From assembly GCA_045601285.1 (NCBI GenBank), contig JAZRZJ010000038.1, forward strand, positions 3,165 through 67,164: 64,000 nt of DNA, in the 5' to 3' direction. Below the pieces are notes generated by a model that saw only the letters and a program-made list of their open reading frames with translations, was not told the origin of the DNA and did no database searches. Both the position numbers and the translations under genes were made by a program. Origin of the DNA: Oscillospiraceae bacterium (GTDB lineage Bacteria > Bacillota > Clostridia > Oscillospirales > Oscillospiraceae). Shown here piece by piece: positions 47,330 through 56,198 of the stretch (positions are counted from its first letter, which is position 1; each line of letters starts with the position of its first letter).

Positions 47330-48427
47330 TTATATAAGTGATGTAAATATCAGCAGAATGCCGAGAAATGCAAAGTTATATATGCTGAACTTCACAATAA
47401 AGCCCCTTGCTCCGTCGGGCTTGTGCTGAAGATATTCGCGGAAGGTGATGAGGCTTGCAAGGGAGGCAATGAGCGTGCCGGCGCCGCCTATATTTACGCC
47501 GACGAGAAGCTCGGCATAGTTCGCTGTGAACTGGGACAGCAGAATTGCGGAGGGTACGTTGCTTATGACCTGACTGCACAGCGCGGAGCAGAGAAGCGCG
47601 TTTTTGTCCATAAGCATGGAGAAAAAGTCCTGCACCGCGTCAATTCGCGCCATGTTTCCCGCAAAGACGAAAAAGAAAACGAAGGTGAGAAGCAGTGACC
47701 AGTCAACCTCCTTAAGCGCATGGCGGTCTGTAAGGAGAAGCGCAAGGGGAATTAAGATAAGCCCGGTCCAGAAGGGGATAAGCCGCACAACAATTCCCAC
47801 GGAGTAGAGAAACAGCACAAGATAAAATACCGCCGCCTTCGGCTTGTATTCAAGCTTCTCCTCGCAGAAAAACATGGGAGCAGGCTTAACAAACAGACAG
47901 CAGACCGTTATAAGAACAATGGAAACGATAAATGATGGCAGAAGAATGCCCACAAACTCCGCCGTGGGAATGTTGAACTTTGTGTAGAGATACAGATTCT
48001 GCGGGTTGCCGAAGGGCGTAAGCATGCCGCCGAGATTTGCCGCCATGTTCTGCATGATGAAGGTGAAGGCGAGATGCTCCTCCTTGCCTGCGGCTCTCAG
48101 GACGAAATAGCCCAGCGGAAGAAAGGTCAGAAGTGCCGTGTCGTTGGTGATGAGCATGGAGCCTATAAAAGTTATGTAAACTAAAACAATGACGCAGGCG
48201 CGCTCTGTTTTAAATCGTGCAACGATGCGGTTTGCCATGACGTAGAAGAAATTGACATCACGCAGGGCGCAGATAACGGCAAGCACGCAGAAAAGGCAGG
48301 TCAGGGTTTTGAAGTCAAGATAGCCTGCGTAGGTCTTGTCCACGGGTACGAAAAGCACCGTGACTGCCGCGGCAAAAAACGCCGTGAGCATCATTATGTT
48401 GTTTTTGAAAAATGACTTTATGTGCAT
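47330..48427 (-). CDS. Anion permease of the ArsB/NhaD (citrate-transporter-like) superfamily
   Basis: 365 aa with about 10 TM helices. Typical segments: …LTFLPLG… and …GGMLTPFGNPQNL…. Confidence 0.6.
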   Translation of the reverse strand: MHIKSFFKNNIMMLTAFFAAAVTVLFVPVDKTYAGYLDFKTLTCLFCVLAVICALRDVNFFYVMANRIVARFKTERACVIVLVYITFIGSMLITNDTALLTFLPLGYFVLRAAGKEEHLAFTFIMQNMAANLGGMLTPFGNPQNLYLYTKFNIPTAEFVGILLPSFIVSIVLITVCCLFVKPAPMFFCEEKLEYKPKAAVFYLVLFLYSVGIVVRLIPFWTGLILIPLALLLTDRHALKEVDWSLLLTFVFFFVFAGNMARIDAVQDFFSMLMDKNALLCSALCSQVISNVPSAILLSQFTANYAELLVGVNIGGAGTLIASLASLITFREYLQHKPDGARGFIVKFSIYNFAFLGILLIFTSLI

Positions 48428-48519
48428 ATTCAGAACCTCACAAGTTAAAAATTATATCACTTGTGTTTTTGTTTTCAATGCGCAAGAAAAACAAAAAAGT
48501 ACTGAATTTCAGTACTTTT

Positions 48520-49410
48520 TTATGATATTTCGGTCAATGCGCGGTTAATGGCGTTTATAACATGCTTTTTGTCAGCGCTCCATTGCGGCGCAATGAGAAG
48601 TTTTTTCGGACCGTCGCCGGTAAGACGGTGTATGACCATGCTGTCGCCGATTTCCTTTACGCAGTCACATATGAGGTTTACATAATCTTCAAAGCCCATG
48701 ACCTCAAACTTACCTGCCCGGTAATCGTCGGCTAAATCCGTGCCTTCAAGGACGTGGAGAAGCTGAAGCTTTATGCCGCCGCTTTTTTTATCTCTGACAT
48801 AGCGCACCGTTGTGAGCATATCCTCACGGCTTTCATGGGGAAGTCCGAGAATAACGTGGGTTACGGTGTGAATGCCGAGGGCGTTGAGCCCCGCGACAGC
48901 GTCGTTGTAAACCTCAAGGGGATAGCCGCGGCGTATATATTCCGCAGTCTGCGGGTGAATTGTCTGCAGCCCCAGCTCCACCCATACGGGCTTAACGGCG
49001 TTTAGCTCCGCAAGCAGCTCAAGCACATCGTCCCCAAGACAGTCAGGGCGGGTGGCAATGGAAAGAACGGCAATGTCATCTCGCTCAATCACGGGCATGA
49101 AAAGGTTTCGCAAATATTCCACAGGCGCATAGGTGTTGGTGTAGGCCTGAAAGTAGGCAATGTAGCGGCTGCCTTTGAACTTGTCGGAAACACGGCGCTT
49201 TGCGTCCTTGATCTGCCTGTCCATGCTTAAGGAAGGCGAAGGGGTAAAGTCACCCGAGCCTCCCTCGGAGCAGAAGATACAGCCCCGTGTGCCGATTGTT
49301 CCGTCACGGTTGGGGCAGCTCATGCCGCCGTTCAGACTGAGCTTATACAGTTTTTCGCCGAACTGCGCCTTGCAGTAGTCATTTAGTGTAATCATAATTT
49401 TCTGTATCAA
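48520..49410 (-). CDS. TIGR01212-type radical SAM protein
   Basis: 296 aa with the family-typical …MSCPNRDGTIGTRGCIFCSEGGSGDF…. Terminator directly after the stop (48493-48520). Confidence 0.75.
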   Translation of the reverse strand: MIQKIMITLNDYCKAQFGEKLYKLSLNGGMSCPNRDGTIGTRGCIFCSEGGSGDFTPSPSLSMDRQIKDAKRRVSDKFKGSRYIAYFQAYTNTYAPVEYLRNLFMPVIERDDIAVLSIATRPDCLGDDVLELLAELNAVKPVWVELGLQTIHPQTAEYIRRGYPLEVYNDAVAGLNALGIHTVTHVILGLPHESREDMLTTVRYVRDKKSGGIKLQLLHVLEGTDLADDYRAGKFEVMGFEDYVNLICDCVKEIGDSMVIHRLTGDGPKKLLIAPQWSADKKHVINAINRALTEIS

Positions 49411-49471
49411 GCTTATATTAGCGATAATAAAATATAAAACCGCCCAATTGAGCGGTTTTATGTTGTGTATA

Positions 49472-49885
49472 TTAAATCATATACTTCCTGATTGCTTCGC
49501 CGACCTCGTCGGGGTCCATGGAAACGCTGATTACAAATTCAATATTTTCTCTGGCGGAGAAAGCGTCCAGCCAGTCGAGGAACTCACCGAAGGCAACGGG
49601 GTCCTTGTTGCTGACTATCTTATAGAAATTGTCTACATAGACATGGGCAATGTCGTAGTTGCCGGAATGCAGACCGCATATAAAGCCTTTGATAAACTCA
49701 TAGGAGCCGATGTCGTAAACGCCTGCTTCGATAAGACGTGCCTGATAAGGAATGTCATAAGTGAGCTTCTTTTCCTTTTCAATAACAACAACATCGCCGT
49801 TTTCCTTTGCGAGTGCTTCGCGAACCATGTCCACGAGGCGCTTGGTCTTTCCGGAACCCTTCAGACCCATAACTAACTTAACCAT
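49472..49885 (-). CDS. Small P-loop protein of unknown function
   Basis: 137 aa from MVKLVMGLKGSGKTKRL (Walker A). AAGGAG lies 10 nt upstream of this ATG. No family recognised. Confidence 0.55.
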   Translation of the reverse strand: MVKLVMGLKGSGKTKRLVDMVREALAKENGDVVVIEKEKKLTYDIPYQARLIEAGVYDIGSYEFIKGFICGLHSGNYDIAHVYVDNFYKIVSNKDPVAFGEFLDWLDAFSARENIEFVISVSMDPDEVGEAIRKYMI

Positions 49886-50044
49886 GTTGACCACTCTCCT
49901 TGCTTGTTATTAGTTTGTGGTTAAAATACTTCTGACTTTAGATTAGCACTTTACTTAATGTAAAGCAAGCATAAAAGCACAAATATAAATTTTTGGTACA
50001 AAACGTACAAAAAGTGCAGCAGAAAATACTGCTGCACTTTTTAA

Positions 50045-51328
50045 TCAATCACGGTATTCAAATTCAAGGTTGTATAGGCTTACGGTATCGCCGTCACGCA
50101 CGCCCATTTCCTCCATGCGCTGATATACGCCTGCATCGCGGAGAACGCGGTCAAAGTACATCATGCTTTCGCTGTCGTCGAAGTTGACGGAGCTCATAAG
50201 CTTCTGAAGCCAGGGACCCTCAACAACCCAGACATCGTCATACTGCTCAATTGTGAGCCCCTCGGAGGTGTCGATAACGGGCTCGGGAGGAACGTAATCG
50301 GCCTCAAAGCGAATGACGGGAGGAAGCTCCCGAAGGTGATTTGCGGCAACCTGAACAAGCTCGTGTGTGCCGTTGTGAGTTGCGGCGCTCATTTCAAAAA
50401 ATTCGTAGCCGAGAGCCTCAACGTGCTCACGCAGAGCGTCAATGTTTGTGCGGTCATCTCCGCAGAGATCGCACTTGTTTGCGGCAACGATCTGCATACG
50501 CTCCGCAAGCTCGGGAGAGTATTCCCTGAGCTCTGCGTTTATTGCGTCAAAGTCTTCAACGGGGTCGCGGCCTTCGCTGCCGGAAACATCAACAAGATGG
50601 ATCAGCAGACGACAGCGGTCAATGTGACGCAGGAAGTCGTGACCGAGACCCGCACCCTCCGATGCACCCTCAATAATGCCCGGAATGTCCGCCATAACAA
50701 AGCTGCGCCCCTCGTCCACAAATACCACGCCCAGATTGGGAAACAGAGTGGTGAAGTGGTAGTTTGCGATTTTCGGGTGCGCCTTGCTTACGACGGAAAG
50801 CAGGGTGCTTTTGCCCACGTTTGGAAATCCCACAAGACCTACATCGGCGAGAAGCTTCAGCTCAAGGGTAATGTCATGGCTTTCGCCGGGCAGACCGGGC
50901 TTTGCAAAGCGGGGAACCTGACGGGTGGGGGTTGCAAAATGCTTGTTGCCCCAGCCGCCCTTGCCGCCGCGGCAGACAATGTAATTCTCGCCGTCGGACA
51001 TATCGTGCATGATGCCGCCGGTTTCGGTGTCACGGATAACGGTGCCTCGGGGAACGCGGATAAACAGGCTTTCGCCGTCCTTGCCGGAGCAGCGCTTGCC
51101 CTGACCGTCCATGCCGTTGCCTGCAACGTATTTGCGTTTGTAGCGGAAGTCCATAAGAGTGGACATGTTGTCGTCAACCACGAAGACGATATCGCCGCCC
51201 TTGCCGCCGTCGCCGCCGTCGGGACCGCCCGCCGCAACATATTTTTCGCGGTGGAATGCCACAGCACCGTTGCCGCCGTTGCCGGCCTTGACGGTTATTC
51301 TTGCTTTATCTACAAAGGAAGTTGCCAT
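50045..51328 (-). CDS. obg: GTPase Obg
   Basis: 427 aa from MATSFVDKARITVKAGNGGNG… (Obg fold), G domain GFPNVGKST, C-terminal OCT-like domain. AAAGGAGGAG RBS. The ORF-track start at 51442 lies inside the family-E repeat. Confidence 0.9.
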   Translation of the reverse strand: MATSFVDKARITVKAGNGGNGAVAFHREKYVAAGGPDGGDGGKGGDIVFVVDDNMSTLMDFRYKRKYVAGNGMDGQGKRCSGKDGESLFIRVPRGTVIRDTETGGIMHDMSDGENYIVCRGGKGGWGNKHFATPTRQVPRFAKPGLPGESHDITLELKLLADVGLVGFPNVGKSTLLSVVSKAHPKIANYHFTTLFPNLGVVFVDEGRSFVMADIPGIIEGASEGAGLGHDFLRHIDRCRLLIHLVDVSGSEGRDPVEDFDAINAELREYSPELAERMQIVAANKCDLCGDDRTNIDALREHVEALGYEFFEMSAATHNGTHELVQVAANHLRELPPVIRFEADYVPPEPVIDTSEGLTIEQYDDVWVVEGPWLQKLMSSVNFDDSESMMYFDRVLRDAGVYQRMEEMGVRDGDTVSLYNLEFEYRD

Positions 51329-51357
51329 TTTTTCTCCTCCTTTAAAATTCAGGTTAT

Positions 51358-51479
51358 GGCTTCCCCTTGAGGGAAAGCTGTCAGCGCAAGCTGACTGATG
51401 AGGTGTATTTGATATTATTATGCCGAAAATGTTACACCTCATCCGCAGCTTCGCGGCAACTTCTCCTCAAGGAGAAGGC
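51358..51479. repeat. Family-E hairpin repeat in the rpmA-obg spacer
   Basis: GCTTCCCCTTGAGGGAAAGC…CTGATGAGGTG (29-nt spacer) CACCTCATC…CTTCTCCTCAAGGAGAAGGC. Related to 21243-21340. Confidence 0.8.
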
Positions 51480-51481
51480 TT

Positions 51482-51520
51482 AAAAAAGTACTGCCGAACA
51501 GAATTCTGTCCGGCAGTGCC
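51482..51520 (-). terminator. Intrinsic terminator after rpmA
   Basis: Minus strand: GGCACTGCCGGACAG aatt CTGTTCGGCAGTAC followed by TTTTTT. Confidence 0.75.
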
Positions 51521-51531
51521 AAAATCTTCAT

Positions 51532-51795
51532 TTACTGAGCGATTTCTTCGTAAACAGAGACCTTTTTGCGGTCCTTGCCCATGCGCTCGAACTTTACCTT
51601 GCCGTCAACGAGGGCGAACAGGGTATCGTCCTTACCCTTACCAACGTTGGTACCGGGGTGGATTTTAGTTCCGCGCTGTCTGACAAGGATGTTGCCGGCC
51701 AGAACGAACTGACCATCTGCTCTCTTAGGTCCAAGACGCTTAGACTCACTGTCGCGGCCGTTCTTGGTAGAACCCATACCTTTTTTATGTGCCAT
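51532..51795 (-). CDS. rpmA: 50S ribosomal protein L27
   Basis: Starts [29 protein letters not shown] lies 8 nt upstream of the ATG at 51795. The ORF-track TTG start at 51819 lies upstream of that RBS. Confidence 0.9.
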   Translation of the reverse strand: MAHKKGMGSTKNGRDSESKRLGPKRADGQFVLAGNILVRQRGTKIHPGTNVGKGKDDTLFALVDGKVKFERMGKDRKKVSVYEEIAQ

Positions 51796-51834
51796 TAAGG
51801 TTACACCTCCATTAGTCAATATCAGTTGCGGAAA

Positions 51835-52149
51835 TTATGCGTTGATGGTTTCAATCTGAACCTTAGTGTAGGGCTGTCTGTGGCCCTGAGTTCTGCGGTA
51901 ACCCTTCTTGGGCTTCATCTTGTAAACGCGGACCTTCTTGCTCTTGCCGTTCTTTACGACATTTGCGGAGACGGTTGCGCCTTCAATAACGGGAGTGCCG
52001 AATACGGAGCTCTCCTCGTCGATGACTGCAAGAACCTGGTCGAACTTAACAGCTTCGCCAGCCTCAACATCGAGCTTCTCGATGAAGATGACATCGCCTT
52101 CTGCTACGCGATACTGCTTGCCGCCGGTTACGAAAATAGCATGCTTCAT
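51835..52149 (-). CDS. rplU: 50S ribosomal protein L21
   Basis: 104 aa: [26 protein letters not shown]…. Confidence 0.95.
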   Translation of the reverse strand: MKHAIFVTGGKQYRVAEGDVIFIEKLDVEAGEAVKFDQVLAVIDEESSVFGTPVIEGATVSANVVKNGKSKKVRVYKMKPKKGYRRTQGHRQPYTKVQIETINA

Positions 52150-52232
52150 GAACGTTCTATCCTTTCTTCAGGTCTCGCTCTTGTAGGTGTCGGGCAGTCC
52201 CGACTTGCCAACCCACTCAATGCGGCCTTGAC

Positions 52233-52261
52233 ATCTTACCACGCGAAACACCTGATGTCAA
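52233..52261 (-). promoter_or_regulatory. Sigma-A promoter of rplU, followed by an ~80-nt structured leader (52150-52226)
   Basis: Minus strand: TTGACA (52261-52256), 17 nt, TAAGAT (52238-52233). The leader contains the hairpin GGCAAGTCGGGACTGCCCGAC. Structured L21 leaders are described in Firmicutes. Confidence 0.55.
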
Positions 52262-52650
52262 GGATTTTCCCTTGCTTTTTCAATGTTTTTTGCTACTTTT
52301 ACGAAAAAGTACGCCACGCATATTACAAGGAACTGAAGACAGCAGTGGAACAGCATGAGAAGGTACAGCTTCGTATATGATTCGTTGCCGGGTGTGCTTA
52401 TGCTGAATATGAGACCGGGAATGGAAACAAGCCCCAAAAGAAGCAGGGAATACAGAATGGGCCACAGGTCAAAGCGCTTGTAAAGCAGGGTATAGACGAA
52501 AAGCGAAACGGCACCGACGGCAACCATGCTGACAATCAGCGCTCCGGTGCTTTCGGGAATGATATACAGCATAGCGGACATTCCGAAATATATTGCGGTA
52601 AATACGATGTAAAAAATTAGGCGCTTTTTAAAGTTAAGATAATCTTTCAT
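52258..52650 (-). CDS. Small polytopic membrane protein, unknown function
   Basis: 130 aa from MKDYLNFKKRLIFYIVF… with 4 TM segments. AAGGAG lies 8 nt upstream, with promoter TTGACA-16-TATAAT at 52700-52673. The long ORF-track N-terminal extension has no support. Confidence 0.6.
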   Translation of the reverse strand: MKDYLNFKKRLIFYIVFTAIYFGMSAMLYIIPESTGALIVSMVAVGAVSLFVYTLLYKRFDLWPILYSLLLLGLVSIPGLIFSISTPGNESYTKLYLLMLFHCCLQFLVICVAYFFVKVAKNIEKARENP

Positions 52651-52944
52651 GGCGTGATCTCCTTGCGGGGCTATTATACCTTTTTTCGCCGCGCTGTCAA
52701 GCAAACAGCCTAATAACCTGCGCAGAAGTAGCTGTAAACATGTGCGTGCGTATGCAGTATAGATAACATTAAGTGTCTGCATCGGGGGCGTTTGCAGTAA
52801 AGACCGTGGGCGGATATGGTTCCTGTGCGGTAAAACCCCGCTGACCGAGGTTTCCAAAGGGCATAAGCCCTTGGTCGCGTTTCTTTTTGCAAGCGTTTTT
52901 CTTTGGCGAAACAAAGAAAAATGCTGAAAAACATGGACACAAAC

Positions 52945-52977
52945 ATAAAAAACACGCCCCGATAATTCGGAGCGTGT
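52945..52977 (-). terminator. Intrinsic terminator downstream of ackA
   Basis: Minus strand: ACACGCTCCG aattat CGGGGCGTGT followed by TTTTTT. Confidence 0.7.
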
Positions 52978-53080
52978 AATTTGTTTTATTAGTACGCGAG
53001 TGCACCGACGAAATTGGGCTTTAACCGGTTGGGCTGACGCAAAAGCGATAACCTGAAGCGGTGCAGCGTATCTGAAAAAA

Positions 53081-54277
53081 TCAGCCGCAGATTTCCTTGG
53101 TGTCGCGGGCGATAACTAGCTCCTCGTTGGTGGGGATAACGAATACCTTGACCTTGGAGTCGGGGGTGGAGATCATGATGTCCTCGCCGCGCTTGGAGTT
53201 TGCTTCATCGTCGATCTCAACGCCCAGGTAGCCGAAGTACTCGGCAATTGCCTTGCGGGAAGACTTGGAGTTTTCGCCGACGCCTGCGGTGAAGATGATT
53301 GCGTCAACGCCGTTCATGGCTGCAACATAGGAGCCTGCAACCTTTGCGACCCAGTAATGGAACATGTCCAGAGCAAGCTGTGCGCGCTCGTTGCCCTCGG
53401 CGGCAGCGTTATCGAGATCGCGGAAGTCGGAGGAAACGCCGGAAACGCCCAGAACGCCGGACTTCTTGTTGAGAACAGCCAGCATCTCGTCAATGTTCAT
53501 GCCGTACTTGTTCATGATGAACTGGATAACGCCTGCGTCCAGATCACCGCAGCGGGTGCCCATGGGAAGACCTACCAGAGGAGTGAAGCCCATGGAGGTG
53601 TCAACGCACTTGCCGCCGTTGATTGCTGCCAGAGAGGAGCCGTTGCCCATGTGACAGGAGACGATCTTCAGCTCTTCAACGGGCTTGCCCATGAGCTCTG
53701 CGCAGCGTGCGGGAACGTAGCGGTGGGAGGTGCCGTGGAAGCCGTAGCGACGGATACCGTCATTCTTGTAGTAGTCATAGGGAACAGCGTACATGAATGC
53801 CTTGCCGGGCATGGTCTGATGGAAGGCGGTATCAAAAACTGCAACCATGGGAACGTCGCCCATAACCTCGCGGCAGGCGTTGATGCCGGTGATGTTTGCG
53901 GGGTTGTGCAGAGGAGCAAAGGGAGTGCATTCCTCAAGAGCTGCCATAACTGCATCGTCAATCTTAACAGAGGAGGCGAACTTCTCGCCGCCGTGAACAA
54001 CGCGGTGACCGACAGCGTCGATTTCCTTCATGGAGGAAACAACACCGTACTCAGCGGAAGTGAGCTTGTCGATAACTGCGGCGATTGCTTCTGCATGGGT
54101 GGGGAGAGCGATATCCTCGTTGTAAACGGGCTTGCCGTCTACCAGAGGAGTGTGCTTCAGATGACCGTCAATTCCGATACGCTCGCAGAGACCTTTTGCC
54201 ATAACGTTTTCGGTCTCCATGTCGATGAGCTGATACTTCAGGGAAGAGCTGCCTGCGTTGATAACAAGAATCTTCAT
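53081..54277 (-). CDS. ackA: Acetate kinase
   Basis: 398 aa: MKILVINAGSSSLKYQL…, HRVVHGG, GFHGTSH. Confidence 0.95.
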   Translation of the reverse strand: MKILVINAGSSSLKYQLIDMETENVMAKGLCERIGIDGHLKHTPLVDGKPVYNEDIALPTHAEAIAAVIDKLTSAEYGVVSSMKEIDAVGHRVVHGGEKFASSVKIDDAVMAALEECTPFAPLHNPANITGINACREVMGDVPMVAVFDTAFHQTMPGKAFMYAVPYDYYKNDGIRRYGFHGTSHRYVPARCAELMGKPVEELKIVSCHMGNGSSLAAINGGKCVDTSMGFTPLVGLPMGTRCGDLDAGVIQFIMNKYGMNIDEMLAVLNKKSGVLGVSGVSSDFRDLDNAAAEGNERAQLALDMFHYWVAKVAGSYVAAMNGVDAIIFTAGVGENSKSSRKAIAEYFGYLGVEIDDEANSKRGEDIMISTPDSKVKVFVIPTNEELVIARDTKEICG

Positions 54278-54396
54278 TATTGTGTTCCTTTCGTATTGTA
54301 AAAATAATTAATTCCATGTATTATATCGGTAAACAACCTTATTAATTTTACTACATTCTGCATAAAAAGCAAGAAATTTTTGAGGAGGCGGACATT

Positions 54397-55599
54397 TTGA
54401 GCGTTATAGGCATAGTCGGGGAATATAATCCATTCCATTATGGTCATAAATACCATATCGACGAAACAAAAAAGCTCCTGGGCGAAGGCGCACCCGTTGT
54501 ATGCGTTATGTCGGGAGATTTTATTCAGCGCGGTGAAGCCGCGGTCTACTCAAAATTTGCACGGGCCGAGGCCGCTGTAAAGAGCGGTGTTGACCTTGTG
54601 CTTGAGCTGCCTGTACCCTGGGCGCTGTCCTCTGCGGAGGGCTTTGCAAGAGGCGCTGTGGGAATACTCGGCAATCTCGGTGTCGTGACTCATCTGTCCT
54701 TCGGCTCCGAGTGCGGCGATTTGAAAGCACTCGAAAGGCTTGCGGAAACCCTTGTTGACCCGCTTATTGTGGGCGAAATCAAGGCTGAGCTTGAAAAGGA
54801 CGATACCCTGTCCTTTGCCGCGGCACGTCAGAGGGCTGTTTTCAATCGAATCGGCGAAGACGCAAAGCTTCTTGAAATGCCGAACAACATTCTGGCGGTG
54901 GAATATATTAAAGCTATCTATAACCAGAGCCTGAGGGTAAAGCCCGTGACCGTGGGCCGCATAGGCTCGGGACACGATAAGTCAGGGGAAAGCGGTCCCC
55001 GTTCCGCCTCCGAGCTCCGCACCAGACTTTCACACGGCATGGATATTTCCGACAGCGTTCCCGAAGCGGCGGCGAAGATTTACGCCCGGGAGGATTCCCT
55101 GGGACGCGGCCCCGTCATGATGGAGCATCTTGAAATGCCGATAATTTCACGCCTGCGAATGCTCGGCACCTCCGATTTTGCGGCTCTGCCCGACGGCGCC
55201 GCAGGACTTTCAAACCGCCTTGCAGCATCCTGCCGCGAGGAAACGGGACTTGACGCCATTGCAGCCGCGGCAAAATCAAAGCGCTATGCACTCAGCCGCA
55301 TAAGAAGAATGCTCATGTGCGCAGCTCTCGGCATTACCTCGGAAATGGCAGACGGCATACCGCCCTACGCAAGAGTTCTTGCGGCAAATGAGCGCGGCTG
55401 TGCGCTGCTTAAGGAAATCGGCATTAACACAAGAATACCCGTTCTTGTAAAGCCCGCCTCCGTAAAGGATATGGGCAGAGAAGCCCAGAAGCTCTTTGAG
55501 CTCGGCGCAAAGGCACACGATTTGTATGTGCTGGGCTATAACGCAAAGGAAGAGCGCAAGGGAGGACTTGATTACCGCACAAGCCCCAAAATCGTTTGA
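54397..55599 (+). CDS. tmcAL: tRNA(Met) cytidine acetate ligase TmcAL (YlbM/UPF0348 family)
   Basis: 400 aa with a TTG start. Motifs: GIVGEYNPFHYGHKYHI, VMSGDFIQRGEAA. Confidence 0.75.
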   Translation: MSVIGIVGEYNPFHYGHKYHIDETKKLLGEGAPVVCVMSGDFIQRGEAAVYSKFARAEAAVKSGVDLVLELPVPWALSSAEGFARGAVGILGNLGVVTHLSFGSECGDLKALERLAETLVDPLIVGEIKAELEKDDTLSFAAARQRAVFNRIGEDAKLLEMPNNILAVEYIKAIYNQSLRVKPVTVGRIGSGHDKSGESGPRSASELRTRLSHGMDISDSVPEAAAKIYAREDSLGRGPVMMEHLEMPIISRLRMLGTSDFAALPDGAAGLSNRLAASCREETGLDAIAAAAKSKRYALSRIRRMLMCAALGITSEMADGIPPYARVLAANERGCALLKEIGINTRIPVLVKPASVKDMGREAQKLFELGAKAHDLYVLGYNAKEERKGGLDYRTSPKIV

Positions 55600-55769
55600 T
55601 TCTGCGAGACTGTCAGAAAACTCTATCATCGGCATAAAAGACGATAGAGTAGCGGGGGAGCTCGAGGGGGCAAGGCCCGCCTCTATTGGATCGCCGCCAC
55701 AAAAATCCTTGATTTTCAAGGCTTTTTCTATAAACTGCTGAGCTTTGCTCATGAAGTTTTGACACGCTG

Positions 55770-55802
55770 AATGACGTACGGCAGTTTTTGCCGTACGTCA
55801 TT
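55770..55802. terminator. Bidirectional terminator with a 14-bp perfect stem
   Basis: AATGACGTACGGCA gtttt TGCCGTACGTCATT between convergent tmcAL and spoVAEb. Confidence 0.8.
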
Positions 55803-55830
55803 TACCATTATACTATTATATATATCGGTG

Positions 55831-56196
55831 TTACTTTTTCTCTTTCGGTTTACATAATAATGCAACAATGATGCCGAAGAATACGGCGGCACAGATACCT
55901 GCGGCGGAGGCGGTGAAGCCGCCGGTGAATGCGCCGAGAACGCCCGATTCTGCCACGGCTTTTTTTACACCCTTTACGAGTGTGTTGCCGAAGCCCGTCA
56001 GAGGAACGGCTGCGCCTGCTCCTGCCCAGTCCGCAAGGGGCTGATACAGTCCGACGGCACCGAAAATTACACCTGAAACCACGTAGATAGTGAGTATTCT
56101 TGCAGGAGTCAGCTTTGTTTTGTCAATAAGAAGCTGACCGATGGCGCAGAGAATACCGCCGATGAGAAATGCTTTCAGATACATCATATAATCCAT
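55831..56196 (-). CDS. spoVAE: Stage V sporulation protein AEb (SpoVAEb)
   Basis: 121 aa: …AFLIGGILCAIGQLLID.TKLTPA…AGAGAAVPLTGFGN…KPK. Close by eye to B. subtilis SpoVAEb. GAGGTG RBS inside the end of spoVAD. Confidence 0.8.
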   Translation of the reverse strand: MDYMMYLKAFLIGGILCAIGQLLIDKTKLTPARILTIYVVSGVIFGAVGLYQPLADWAGAGAAVPLTGFGNTLVKGVKKAVAESGVLGAFTGGFTASAAGICAAVFFGIIVALLCKPKEKK

Positions 56197-56198
56197 AT

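Noticed and set aside
51329-51442. A longer Obg N-terminus (ORF-track start at 51442). Similar upstream extensions exist for galM (23852), the ABC permease (12197), the NUDIX hydrolase (47299), spoIIID (57639) and the 52258..52914 ORF.
   Set aside because: The extensions cross repeats or promoters and lack RBSs. Internal starts are preceded by good Shine-Dalgarno sequences and give N-termini matching the known families.
51795-51819. An N-terminal extension of L27 starting at the ORF-track start (TTG at 51819), which would imply Prp-type processing.
   Set aside because: The GGAGGTG RBS lies inside that extension, 8 nt upstream of the ATG at 51795. The 8-aa extension has no resemblance to the known cleaved L27 propeptide, and there is no prp gene.
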